NCBI GenBank assembly: GCA_950097015.1 | Contig: CATNEN010000003.1 | Coordinates: 6,448,001 to 6,512,000, forward strand | Length of the DNA: 64,000 nucleotides | Reading direction: 5' to 3' | Origin: Macrostomum hystrix | Taxonomy: Eukaryota; Animalia; Platyhelminthes | Part shown: piece after piece, positions 47,001-57,217 of the stretch | Position numbering within the stretch: the stretch's first letter is position 1 | Layout: each line of letters starts with the position of its first letter | The notes under the pieces: model-generated | Databases searched by the model: none | The model's input: the letters and a program-made list of their open reading frames with translations, nothing else | What the model was told of the DNA's origin: nothing | Program-made: the position numbers and the translations under genes

Positions 47001-49577
47001 AAGTTAGGAAGGTTTGTGACCCTGAAGTTAGGGAGGCTTGTAGTCCTGAAATTAGGGTTGGCTTGTAGTCCTGAAGTTAGGGGGGCTTGTAGTTCTGAAG
47101 TGGCTTGTGATCCTGAAGTTAGGGAGGGGTCTTGTGATCTTAAAGTTAGAGAGGCTTGTAGTCCTGAAGTTAGGGAGGCTTGTGATCCTGAAGTTAGGGA
47201 GGGGTCTTGTGATCTTAAAGTTAGAGAGGCTTGTAGTCCTGAAGTTAGGGGGGCTTGTAGTAATGAAGTTAAAGAGGATACTGATCCTGAATTTAGAAAG
47301 GCTTGTGATCCTAAAGTTAGGAAGGTTTGTGATCCTGAAGTTAGGGAGGTTTGTGACCCTGAAGTTAGGGAGGTTTGTGATCCTGAAGTTAGGAAGGTTT
47401 GTGACCCTGAAGTTAGGGAGGCTTGTGATCCTGAAGTTAGGGAGGGGTCTTGTGATCCTGAAGTTAGGGAGGGGTCTTGTGATCCTGAAGTTAGAGAGGC
47501 TTGTGATACTGAAGTTAGGGAGACTTGTGATCCTGAAGTTAGGGAGACTTGTGATCCTGAAGTTAGGGAGACTTGTGATCCTGAAGTTAGGGAGGCTTGT
47601 GATCCTGAAGTTAGGGAGGTTTGTGACCCTGAAGTTAGGGAGGTTTGTGATCCTGAAGTTAGGAAGGTTTGTGACCCTGAAGTTAGGGAGGCTTGTGATC
47701 CTGAAGTTAGGGAGGGGTCTTGTGATCCTGAAGTTAGGGAGGGGTCTTGTGATCCTGAAGTTAGAGAGGCTTGTGATACTGAAGTTAGGGAGACTTGTGA
47801 TCCTGAAGTTAGGGAGACTTGTGATCCTGAAGTTAGGGAGACTTGTGATCCTGAAGTTAGGGAGGCTTGTGATCCTGAAGTTAGGGAGGCTTGTGATCCT
47901 GAAGTTCGGGAAGCTTGTGATCCTGAAGTTAGGGAGGCTTGTAGTCCTGAAGTTAGGGGGCTTGTAGTCCTGAAGTTAGGGAGGCTTGTAGTCCTGAAGT
48001 TAGGGGGCTTGTAGTCCTGAAGTTAGGGGGCTTGTAGTCCTGAAGTTAAAGAGGATACTGATCCTGAAGTTAGGGAGGCTTGTGATCCTACCTGATCAAG
48101 ATTGACATCTAGGGCCGACGTGTCTAGCAGAGGCGCGCTGGCGGCTGCGCGTCTAGCATACTGCCTGGCTTCCTTCAACTGTTGAGCAAGCAAAGGTTCC
48201 ATCTCATTCATGCTGGGCCAGAGATGAGGCAGCAATAGATCCAGATCTGCTAGGCCACATTTGACAGCGGCCGCGCATACTCTGTACAGTCCATTAGGTG
48301 TTGCGCCGCCTTGATAAAAGGCGAACTTGTGACCCAACATGTGGCACAGATCGGCCGGATTTGGCCGATACAATCGCACCATGTCTAGCAGCTGTTCGGC
48401 TTGATCGGAGCGAATCTCGCAAGCGTCTAGGACCAAGTCCAGTACGCGATTCGGATCCAAGTCGAAGCAGCCGATCAATGCCTATGAGATGGGAAATCAC
48501 TAGATCATCACGGGATTAAGAAACTGGATCCTACTGATTTTAGATATTTAGACCGGCATAATAATCCAAATAACTGAAATCCTAATCTTAATCCATTTAA
48601 CCTGTATCCTAATCCCAATAACCAGAATCCCAATACCAAAAACCAAAAACCTAATTAAAACATTAATAATCATAATCCTAATGACCAAAATCCCAATCTC
48701 AACAACCAAAAATATAATCCCAACAAGCAAATTTCTAATCCCAACAACCAAAATCCCAATCTCAATAAACAAAATCCTAATCCCAATAACCGAAATCGTA
48801 ATACAAATGACCAAAATCCTAATCTAAATAAGGTCCTAATTCCAAATCCCAAATTCCCAATAACCAGAACCAGAATTTAATTTACAGATATCTGATCATC
48901 TAATCAACGAAAAATGTACGTCGTAATACTAATAAAATAGTAAACGTTTTTTACCTTTTGAAATTTTTACTTTTTTAACACATTGAATAACATTAAACTA
49001 TATTTGATAACAAAAATGAAGCAAATCGAATCCAGAATATATATTTTAATTAAATCCTTACCTGCAGCCTAGGCAGCGAATTTTCTGGAATTAGTTCGCC
49101 GCTAGCCAAAGCCCCCAGCTCCACTATTAGCTTAGCAAAGCCTTCATTCTCTTCTCTAAGCAGATTAAATTTCTGCTGCTTATAGAATAGTCGAGTCTTT
49201 AGTTTGACGTAGCGACTTTGAAAGGCCTGCTTGCTGGCAATGATGTCCAATTCTTCAAGCGTCTCGTCTGTGAGCCTTTCCTTTAATAGCGGTTCAACAG
49301 TTAGGTTAAGACTCTGACAGCGACGAATTAGAGCTAACAGGCGTTGTCGATCTGGCGATGACGACGAGCGAAGTGTTGTCTCCAGGTCCACAACGCTCAG
49401 AGCATCGGTTAGTAGACTCTCAAAGTTTGCTGGACTAGTTTGACTCAGCAGCTCCTGTTGCTGCTGCATGAGTTGGAGCAGGGCGTCTGAGCAGTCCGGC
49501 CCGCCTTTGCGTACGTGATTTGAGCACAGCTCATAGAGCTGCTGTTCTATGCTTTTAGTACTATTTGAAGTAGCCAT
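37584..49577 (-). CDS. THOC2: THO complex subunit 2, 10 exons, ~1396 aa
   Basis: Exons 49577-49062, 48481-48092, 46479-45835, 44912-44704, 44114-43637, 42206-41795, 41167-40869, 40058-39538, 38603-38345, 38045-37584. All GT-AG, 4191 nt in frame. Signature motifs KTRLFYKQQKFNLLREENEGFAKL, LIGCFDLDPNRVLD, RAKYVMKRLTKDNVK..GRQLGKLSHSNP, FFVTFW, FLQFCVFPR, TENEARRYGRFL, YENYRHVVHKWH. Confidence 0.95.
38105..38262. repeat. Intronic ~35-bp degenerate repeat, each unit with CCAAT(C/G)ACAG
   Basis: Five copies near 38110, 38146, 38183, 38217, 38252. Confidence 0.75.
38345..38603 (-). CDS. THOC2: THOC2 exon 9
   Basis: ITKAFIACLE.GNY...RNAL.VL..IL.HYP...EKRKDL. Confidence 0.9.
38670..39510. repeat. 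Intronic minisatellite, 29/30-bp unit (CTGAGGATCTGGGATYATAATAGCTAGAC)
   Basis: About 28 units. Confidence 0.95.
39538..40058 (-). CDS. THOC2: THOC2 exon 8
   Basis: FLQFCVFPR...NFSTLICFDR...HKWHYR. Confidence 0.93.
40290..40560. repeat. Intronic ~77-bp repeat built from TTCCGTAATTTTC/AGAAACCATA subunits
   Basis: About 3.5 copies. Confidence 0.85.
40869..41167 (-). CDS. THOC2: THOC2 exon 7
   Basis: KVWDDL..EFFVTFWTL...KKKKERER. Confidence 0.9.
41240..41750. repeat. Intronic compound array: ~30-bp (GAGTGAAATCCCAGAGTGACAGA...) then 33-bp (GACAACCCCAAGGTAGTGACAGAATCGAGGACT)
   Basis: Two related units sharing AGTGACAGA. Confidence 0.9.
41795..42206 (-). CDS. THOC2: THOC2 exon 6
   Basis: VRNTKKSSSRLKD...HVKQCGRLYD.CQDVLIQFG. 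Confidence 0.9.
42250..43610. repeat. Intronic compound array: 21-bp (CAGGGACCTGTGTAACTCTTT) then 33-bp (ATCCCCATCAATCCCACAGTCCAGTAGCTACAG)
   Basis: About 13 and about 31 units. Confidence 0.96.
43637..44114 (-). CDS. THOC2: THOC2 exon 5
   Basis: YVMKRLTKDNVK...LGGELLRVEGGYFSQ. Confidence 0.94.
44340..44680. repeat. Intronic degenerate repeat with TGGGATTT core
   Basis: About 12 copies of TGGGATTT/AGGGATT with AT-rich spacers. Confidence 0.8.
44704..44912 (-). CDS. THOC2: THOC2 exon 4
   Basis: ILPALSMSEANC..SELIW...RYRLYGQWK; AA|GTAAGA donor. Confidence 0.92.
45000..45785. repeat. Intronic minisatellite ~30 bp (GGGATTCAGGTCCCTGAAGATTCAGAGAAC) with higher-order units
   Basis: About 25 units. 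Confidence 0.92.
45835..46479 (-). CDS. THOC2: THOC2 exon 3 (with polyQ insertion)
   Basis: NQLLGLAEALLEAGD...YLGP; CAG|GTGAGA donor. Confidence 0.88.
46520..48088. repeat. Intronic minisatellite, 24-bp unit (GAAGTTAGGGAGGCTTGTGATCCT)
   Basis: About 65 units; gives spurious (CDPEVREA)n and (LVILKLGR)n ORFs; abuts the exon-2 donor. Confidence 0.96.
48092..48481 (-). CDS. THOC2: THOC2 exon 2
   Basis: ALIGCFDLDPNRVLD; CAG|GTAGGA donor. Confidence 0.92.
48540..48870. repeat. Intronic degenerate AATCC(C/T)AAT repeat
   Basis: Repeated AAATCCYAAT with ACCA spacers. Confidence 0.75.
49062..49577 (-). CDS. THOC2: THOC2 exon 1 (acceptor tttttgcag at 49590 lies 12 nt upstream of ATG)
   Basis: QQLYELCSNHVRKG...YKQQKFNLLREENEGF; CAG|GTAAGG donor. 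Confidence 0.9.
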
Positions 49578-49769
49578 ATGTGATAAGTGCTGCAAAAAGT
49601 TTTGGATAGTCATTTACGTTTTAAAAAACGATATTTCTCTAAGACATGATCACTGTCTGACATTTAATTTTCTTTCAATGTTCTAATTTCTGTGACACAT
49701 TTTTACTATGTGAAAGTTGTTAGAACTTTACTATCATGCTAAGAACACCACAATAACATTATTAACGTC

Positions 49770-50007
49770 ATAATTGCAGGAGGGCTGCGGACAATGGCAT
49801 ATCATTTGGTGACACTAGACCTGCAGCCAGCCAGGATGCAAATCTGCCCATGCATTTCGATTACTCCTGAGCACACACACAGATATGATACTCAGGCACA
49901 CACTCACACAGGTGTGTACATCTTTCTTGACTTACTCATTGTCAGGCAGTGTGCACTCTCACTGCGCCTTGGCTGTTGGCCCTCATGGGTGTAAATTGCA
50001 CAACAAG
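49770..50007 (-). mobile_element. 5'-truncated SINE copy ~200 bp upstream of THOC2 ATG
   Basis: Colinear with 19920-20090 and 29750-29940. Confidence 0.8.
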
Positions 50008-50133
50008 TACATTTGCAGTACATACAACTTTTTTTTAATTTAGTAAAATTTAATCTGCCAGAATTATAATTAGACACAGTACCATAATATTTAAATGTTA
50101 CCACGATTATAACATCAATTGATGAATTTATGA

Positions 50134-50393
50134 CATACATGCGCAACACACGGCTGAACCAGCCAACCCAGCCAAACTGGCCGGGTGAAACGAGGGCCAA
50201 GCAAGGTAAGTCGCAAAAAACAATCGACCAAGTGCAAAAAAATCAAAGGGGGGACCAAGGGACAAAAAAGGAAGGCGTGAAGAAAAGGAAAAAGGGGAGA
50301 GAAAAAGAGAGCAAATGAGTCTTAACTAAGTCTTAAATAGAGAAAAAACTAAGTCGCACGGCCGGCTAAGATTTGGGAGGTTGCACATGTATG
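50134..50393 (+). mobile_element. MITE copy A (260 bp), TIR CATACATGCGCAAC...GTTGCACATGTATG, 8-bp TSD ATTTATGA; hAT- or P-type
   Basis: TIRs 13/14 match; TSD at 50126-50133 and 50394-50401. Confidence 0.9.
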
Positions 50394-51984
50394 ATTTATG
50401 AGGAAATTTTATACTACCCACCTAGAAATATTTTAGGAGTAAAATAGAAAGAAAACTAATTCTAGAACAATGGCAGCTTGTAAGTACACTAAATTACTAA
50501 TAAATATAACATGTAGCCATAGCCAATGAGATTCTGCCCACATGGGATAGGACTGGATTGCTTCAATACACTCTTGATTTATTATGGTTCCTTTCTTAAA
50601 ATACAGTTCATCCTAAAATTCAAAGAAAACATTTTGGACTAAAAAACATGCAGCCCATATAGTTACTTACTGATATTATACTATTTTACCACCCTCTATT
50701 GTAATACTATTAACATAGAAAATATATTTGGTATTTACATTTAGTAATTTGATTAAAAAAACTGGCATGTCTAAATAGTCAACATTAATTATTCAGATAT
50801 GCAAAAAATCTTGAAATCATTTTATCATTTGCTACAACGCTTCTGTTGAGGTATTGATATTGATAAATATTGCATGTTTAAATTAATATTTATTGTATAC
50901 TTTGCTTTGGTAAGCAAGATTAATGAATTACATTATAGTTAAAAATCTATATGAACTATATTATAACTATAATTCATCTACTATAAATAAATCTAGACAC
51001 GTTAAAAAAACAAAAAAGAATAAGAAGTGGCACAACTGTTTGTTAGCATAGAACACGTGTGTCATACAATATATAACAACCCTTCCATTTTGTATTTCTA
51101 TTGTTAAAAGTATTATATTGTGGTCTATTGTCTATAGTTGGTTCCAATATTTATAGTAACCATATTTGATATACTGGTATAGAAAAGTAAACAAGTCAAT
51201 AGCTATTGTTAAACTGTGCAAGTCAAATTTAAACTAATTTATAAATGACAAAACAAATATAAAAATATTCAATCAAGGCTAAAAGACTTACTGTCAATTA
51301 TTTTAAATTGCCTACTAGTATGAAGCATTGTGTTTTAGAAAGATTGTCAATTGATAATAGGTACAGTAGAAAGTTTGTCAACTGCCAAATTGGAACAATA
51401 GAAAGTTTATCAACTGGTCATATCTGTTAAACTTTCATAGCATGCTATTCCACATTGTACATATGGGCCAAGGAAGACTAACTGCATTTTCAAATATTAA
51501 ACTGTTACTGCAGTTGAAACTACTATGTACCACTTGTTGGTGGTCCTACTATTTTTAATCTTGTAATCTTTTTCAACTAGCAAAACTAGTATACAGAATA
51601 ACATGCGGAATTACTACCAGAATAGCATGTGATAAAAGTTCATGTTAAGAACCTGGCCATGTGTTCTAACAGAGAATTAATGACATGTGTTTATACCTAA
51701 TTTACATTTTTCTAGGCACCTATTTTGCATTTTTAAGCATTCTAATCAATATTTGTACAATATTTGTCTGCCCTGCCATACACAACTGTATATGTTGCTT
51801 AGGCCTACTTCATGAGGAAACTTTGTCAACAGTGGTAAAATTGTGTGGAAAGGTCATCAATGGCAGCAAACTCACATGGAAAGTTTTTCAATGGATTTAA
51901 TAAGTATTCGAACAATAATTACATAAGCATAATATCTACAACTATTACTATAGTCTTAACTATAACTATAATTATAACTATGGC

Positions 51985-52950
51985 AGAGCTTATTCCCACA
52001 GTCCCGTGCCATTAATTTAAATTTTATCCACACGGAGCCGTGCCACATAATTTTCTGCTTATCCACACAGCAGCTTGTATGAATAGGTCTAAAACTCTTT
52101 ATATAAATATGCCGTGCCATTAATTTCAATTTTATCCACACGGTTCTGTTCTTTGAAATGAGGCCCTTTCAGGTTTGAATGTTTTGTTGAACCCTCAAGC
52201 CAATAGATCGACAAAGTTGCCAGTGTGTTACGACAGTGTTCTACATTTCGACCTACACATTCATTAACTGACATTAATGTCATCCTTTTTAATTATTTTA
52301 ATAACAACTTACTAAATCTTTTGTCATCGTTACGTGTTTTCATTTGAATTGTATTGACTTAAAAAGTAAAATGTCTATTAAAGAAAATCATATGAGTCAA
52401 CCAGCAGAATTCTAGTCAGCACCAAACTTGTCATACATATTTATACATCATTGTTATTATTTTACACTATGCATTGATAGTGTACACTATACACTAGGCC
52501 TATACTCTGAAGCAAAAGCCTTATGCTCAGAGAAGAATAGGTAGGGACTTGAAAGTAGACCTATCATACATGCGCAACCTCCCAAATCTTAGCCGGCCTT
52601 GCGACTTAGTTTTTGCTCTCATTTGCGACTTAGTTTGTTTCATTGCTTTATTTACTACTTAGTTTGCTCTCATTTGCTCTCTTTTTCTCTCCCCTTTTTC
52701 CTTTTCTTCACGCCTTCCTTTTTTGTCCCTTGGTCCCCCCTTTGATTTTTTGGCGCTTGGTCGATTGGTTTTTGCGACTTACCTTGCTTGGCCCTCGTTT
52801 CACCCGGCCGGTTCAGCCGGGTCGGCCGGGTGTTGCGCATGTATGAGACCTATTCATACAAGCTGCCGTGTGGATAAGCAGAAAATTATCTGCATGGATC
52901 CGTGTGGATAAAATTGAAATTATCGGCACGGGACCATGGGAATAAGCATT
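51985..52950. mobile_element. Older non-autonomous element with ~100-bp terminal inverted repeats (51988-52090 / 52846-52947)
   Basis: GCTTATTCCCA...TTATCCACAC...GCAGCTTGTATGAATAGGTCT matches reverse complement of 52846-52947; MITE B inserted at the inner edge of the right arm. Confidence 0.7.
52565..52845 (-). mobile_element. MITE copy B (281 bp), inverted relative to copy A, perfect 14-bp TIRs, 8-bp TSD AGACCTAT
   Basis: TSD at 52557-52564 and 52846-52853; internal sequence closely matches the reverse complement of copy A. Confidence 0.92.
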
Positions 52951-54607
52951 TCCTATAGGCCTAACTATAGTCTAGCAACAATTTAGCACATGTCAATTAC
53001 ATCTTTACATGGGAAAATGATCATAAGCAAAATGGAAAAACTGTTTAATTGCTCCCATTCACTTTCAAATGACCTTTAATTTTGTTTCAATTCATTCTGT
53101 GGTCTGTGAGTCAAGTGACTAATTATTTAAAAAAATAAATATGTAGTATGTATGTACATCATAATTGTATTTAAAGGTCTAGTGTTGTAAACACAAAAAG
53201 TAAGAAAGCAAGCTTACCTGAATAGTAATTATATTTAAATCAAGCACATTAATTTATTAAGACAAAGCAAACAGAAAAATATAGATCTTTGCAAAATTGC
53301 AGTACAGCATGAATAAATAAAATCATATTACAATTACATAACTTAAGTAAAAAATAATATACTGTACATCACATATTGACAGTCACAAGAGTAAACTGTA
53401 ATTAATATAATATACGATCGCCTAGCTAGACCATTGTAGGGTCTAAGGAAAATATTATATATAGGATTAGGACACCTACTAATTTTCCCCCCATTTAGAA
53501 CAAGCGACAATCCACACGAAAAATTTAACACTTTACATTTTGAAAACGATTGCTCAAAATTTAAACAAAAACAATTTCTGACAACAGTGGCGCACATTAC
53601 TTGCTTAAATTAATTGTGCCCGTGACAAAATTCTACTATTAAAAATAATTTTTTTCTTTAACTTTGTGAAACAAATAAATCACTGCCTGCAACTGTGAAA
53701 GTTAGCTTGTGTGAATCTAGGACCACACTTGATTCCTTGATATTAGATATGAGAGAACCTAGTCTTTCATAACTACCATTACGCATCCAAGAATTTATAA
53801 ACGTTAGCTTTAGCTGAGTTATATTCAAGTTAGTGCATTCTTTTTGCTAGAAGCCTCTTGTCACGGTATTACTCTACAGATCAGGTTATTTAATTTTGTT
53901 TGTGTTATATACTTTCTTATGAAAGCTTGTCGCAGCATCTCCTGCAGTATTAATAGGAGCGCTTGATGTTCTGGCATGTCGCCGACGACGCAGCAGTTCA
54001 CTTGGACAGACCGTGTAGTCCGGCGCGGCGATATAGCTGGGCCGAGACTTTTGTGATTCGGTGATCGTCGCTGATCTTTAGAGACGATGCACAGAAAAAT
54101 GCCAGCTTGCATCGATCTCGTTGAATTCGAACAATTCTATCATGTGTCTAGCTGTAAAGTAGGCTGACGGTCTCGACCTCCAGCTGAAATTATACTACGG
54201 CTATCATATGCAGCGATGTCCTCAAACTATACACGTAGGACTGCATGCAAAAAGGCGACGCCGCAGATCTTCGCGGACGGGCCGCAGAAAATCAATGTGC
54301 TGACAGCCTGAAAGCTCGTTTTCCCTGTCCATAGTCAGCCGTCCATAGTCAGTAACGCGGCAGAAAAATTGCGGCCTCGATTTCTCCTCCGGAGCTGCTC
54401 CACCGCTGCACCAACGGCTCCCCGAAGGACACAGCTGCTTCGCGACCTCGCCTGACTTGCTTAACAACTGCAGAAGCGACGGTTGCCGCGGCGGCCCTGG
54501 AGCGCGGCCCTCATCATCCTTCAGGGTCGCGGCCAAGCATGACCAATATTGGCTGCTTTTCTTATCTCTAGCGCTCTTTGGGCGGCTCAAGTCACCGACG
54601 AAATGCC

Positions 54608-54775
54608 AAGATATCAAGGCTTAGAATTGATAGATATCAGGGCTTAGAATTGATCGATTTCAAGACTCGGAATTGATTGATATTTAAGGCTCAGAAATAT
54701 TAGATATCACGGCTCAGATATCAGGGCTCAGAATTGATAGATATCAAAGGCTCAGAATGAATAGCTAGATATAAT
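54608..54775. repeat. Degenerate ~23-bp repeat (GATATCAGGGCTCAGAATTGATA)
   Basis: About 6 copies. Confidence 0.75.
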
Positions 54776-54776
54776 A

Positions 54777-54970
54777 GATATTGAACGGTTCTGGCCGAAG
54801 GTCTGTTTTTCATACCCAAATATGCACGGATTTTGCACTGCGCCTCAGTGCAGCCTTGCCAGGCCTTCAAACTTTATCAGCACGTCACCCGAATGAGCCT
54901 GCATTATCTGCCCGACTTCGGTGGTCACCGACTTTATCTAGGCGGAGCTAGCTGGACCAGTGGACCTTCA
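54777..54970. mobile_element. Unclassified dispersed repeat, copy 2
   Basis: Same orientation and conserved blocks as 30785-30995. Confidence 0.7.
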
Positions 54971-55937
54971 ACAAGTAATAGTTGAGTTTAAGGCCAATAT
55001 CGACCGGCTTCATCAGCGAAAGTAGAAAAATTTGCTTTAAGGACTCCATTGCCAGTTAAAAGATTGACACAAGACAGTATTTAATTTGTCCGTTTCATAA
55101 TTCTTGCGATTGTCGATTTCTCAGATTTCAGCGCAGTCAGACTGAAGAGTATATGTAAAATCTAGTTTCTTTACCTAGCAAATATTGATTATTTCGTTTT
55201 GCTAGTTACTAAACTGCACATCAAAGAGGGTTTCTATTTTTTTCGCAGAAGTACTCGATGCTCATTTTTGTATCGCATGTGTTGTGACAGTTCAGATCGC
55301 CTAATTTACAATGGAAAAGATAAAAATTTCATTAAAAAAACTGGGATCAACCCTTATGGAACGGACGAAATCATTCACAAGTAATTGAGTACTTAAAACG
55401 TACAAAGCTGTGAAGAAGTACGTACCAAGAAGCAACAATACACATTTTAACTCAAGAGACGCAATACCATTCAATGCTATTGATTACATTCTCAACCGTT
55501 TTACTGCGGTTGGATTATACAAAATGATGCCGATGGATTTAATTTAGAGCATTATTTGTTTATCACTTATAACATTTTCTGTACATATAGGCCCTATTGC
55601 TACTAAAAGCGTACTTTTTAATAATTTTTGCGGATCATATGAATAGCTTCAAATATGCAATAATAGCGCTGCGCTAATGCTGTTAAAATCACTACCCCAT
55701 GCGCTGCGATAGGCCTACCAATATATATGCAGCATCGCACTTACGCACTATATACTTCTCTGCAACATCATAGCGCAGGCAGTTGTTATCTATCGTTAGA
55801 AACTAATGCTAACAATAGGCACGTGACTACTAATTAATGATCAGACTAGATTATTCCTTTCTACAAGTCATTAATATTTTATTTTTAATAAGGCCCTAAT
55901 AATAAATTCAAGACTGGTAGCACAATTTAATTGTGGT

Positions 55938-55953
55938 GGCCCTGAAAAGGGCC
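55938..55953 (-). terminator. Histone 3' stem-loop of H2B (GGCCCTTTTCAGGGCC)
   Basis: Canonical 6-bp stem/4-nt loop flanked by AAAAC and ACCACA. Confidence 0.95.
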
Positions 55954-56026
55954 GTTTTAGCGTTCAGCGTAGCTATCAGCTACGGCATAATGAAGGGTAC
56001 TGTGCGCAATCTAACATGCAGCCTGT

Positions 56027-56392
56027 TTACTTGGCGCTAGTGTACTTGGTGACGGCCTTGGTGCCCTCGCTGACGGCGTGCTTGGCCAATTCACCAGGCA
56101 GCAACAGACGCACAGCAGTCTGGATCTCCCGGCTGCTGATTGTGCTGCGCTTGTTGTAGTGAGCTAGACGGCTGGCCTCGCCAGCAATACGCTCGAAGAC
56201 GTCATTGACGAAGCTGTTCATGATCATCATGGCCTTGCTGGAGATGCCAGTGTCCGGGTGCACCTGACGTAGCACCTTGTAGATGTAGATGGCGTAGGAC
56301 TCCTTCCTCCTGCGCTTCCTCTTCTTGTCCGACTTCGGAGCCTTGGCCTTGCTGGCTTTCTTGGCGGCCTTACCACTGACCTTCGGCGGCAT
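56027..56392 (-). CDS. H2B: Histone H2B, replication-dependent type
   Basis: [26 protein letters not shown]...[21 protein letters not shown]; intronless; stem-loop. Confidence 0.99.
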   Translation of the reverse strand: MPPKVSGKAAKKASKAKAPKSDKKRKRRRKESYAIYIYKVLRQVHPDTGISSKAMMIMNSFVNDVFERIAGEASRLAHYNKRSTISSREIQTAVRLLLPGELAKHAVSEGTKAVTKYTSAK

Positions 56393-57217
56393 GTTAATTC
56401 TTAGCTGGCGAATTAGCTGACGAACTCAGAATTTAGAAGAATTTATTTGTCTTTCAGTAGACCAAATAACTGGTATATATATAACAGCGAACAGATTTAC
56501 ACAACTCGAAATTTCTCGTCGATCGATAATTTTACGCTGGCCAATTACAGAACAGCATCAAATTTCATCTTTTCAGATCTCGCACAGGTTACGTTACTTG
56601 TTAGTAGGGCACGGTGCATATATTTTATCATGTTTTGTATGATGTATTACTATTGTATGTTTTATTCCTAATAGAGAGATCAAGAAAGAGATGGATTGTT
56701 TAGAGTACCCCTGAGTTAGGCTACTATGCTGCTGCTATGTAACTATTAACATGATGAATAAATTTTGAATCCATACCTCTAAAGATCCGATAGATCAGTC
56801 AGCTAATCGAAGTTGGAATTATTAAAGTACAAAACCTTTACTGGTGGTGTCAGTAGACATTAAAATAGACTTTCAAGACACCAAATCCTGCAAGTTTTTA
56901 GTGCGTTTTGGGTTCTTAATTTATATCGTAAGTGAATGCCATTTAGCACGAATGTCATTGGCAAAAAGAAGTTCCAAAATGCTCTAGACACGTATTCGGT
57001 TATGTCTACTAACAGTACAGTGTAACGCATATTTGCAAGAAAAACTCCCTCCTCGAAAAAGTCCGAATAAAAACTCTATCCTCCAATAGAAACGCGTGAG
57101 CGAATCACCGTTGTTAGGGTAATTTAGCATCTCGACTTTTATATAGTTTCGCTTGATGTTCAAATTTAGTTATTCAAAATCGCTGATCAAAAAATCAATT
57201 ATCTCGAGTCTGAAATC
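56393..57217. promoter_or_regulatory. Divergent H2B/H2A promoter region
   Basis: TATA-like TATATATA at ~56475 and TTTATATA at ~57138; CCAAT at ~56541 and ~57083. Confidence 0.6.

Noticed and set aside
46610-48014. ORFs (CDPEVREA)n and (LVILKLGR)n, superficially LRR- or metallothionein-like
   Set aside because: 24-bp intronic minisatellite antisense to THOC2; the same applies to 16745-17347, 42240-43587 and 60679-61260
50134-52845. One large transposon with ~270-bp TIRs
   Set aside because: Each arm has its own TIR pair and its own different 8-bp TSD, so these are two independent MITE insertions
52020-52915. Five TTATCCACA DnaA-box matches suggesting a bacterial oriC or contamination
   Set aside because: They lie in or beside the inverted arms of a transposon-like element between intron-containing eukaryotic genes; better explained as subterminal repeats
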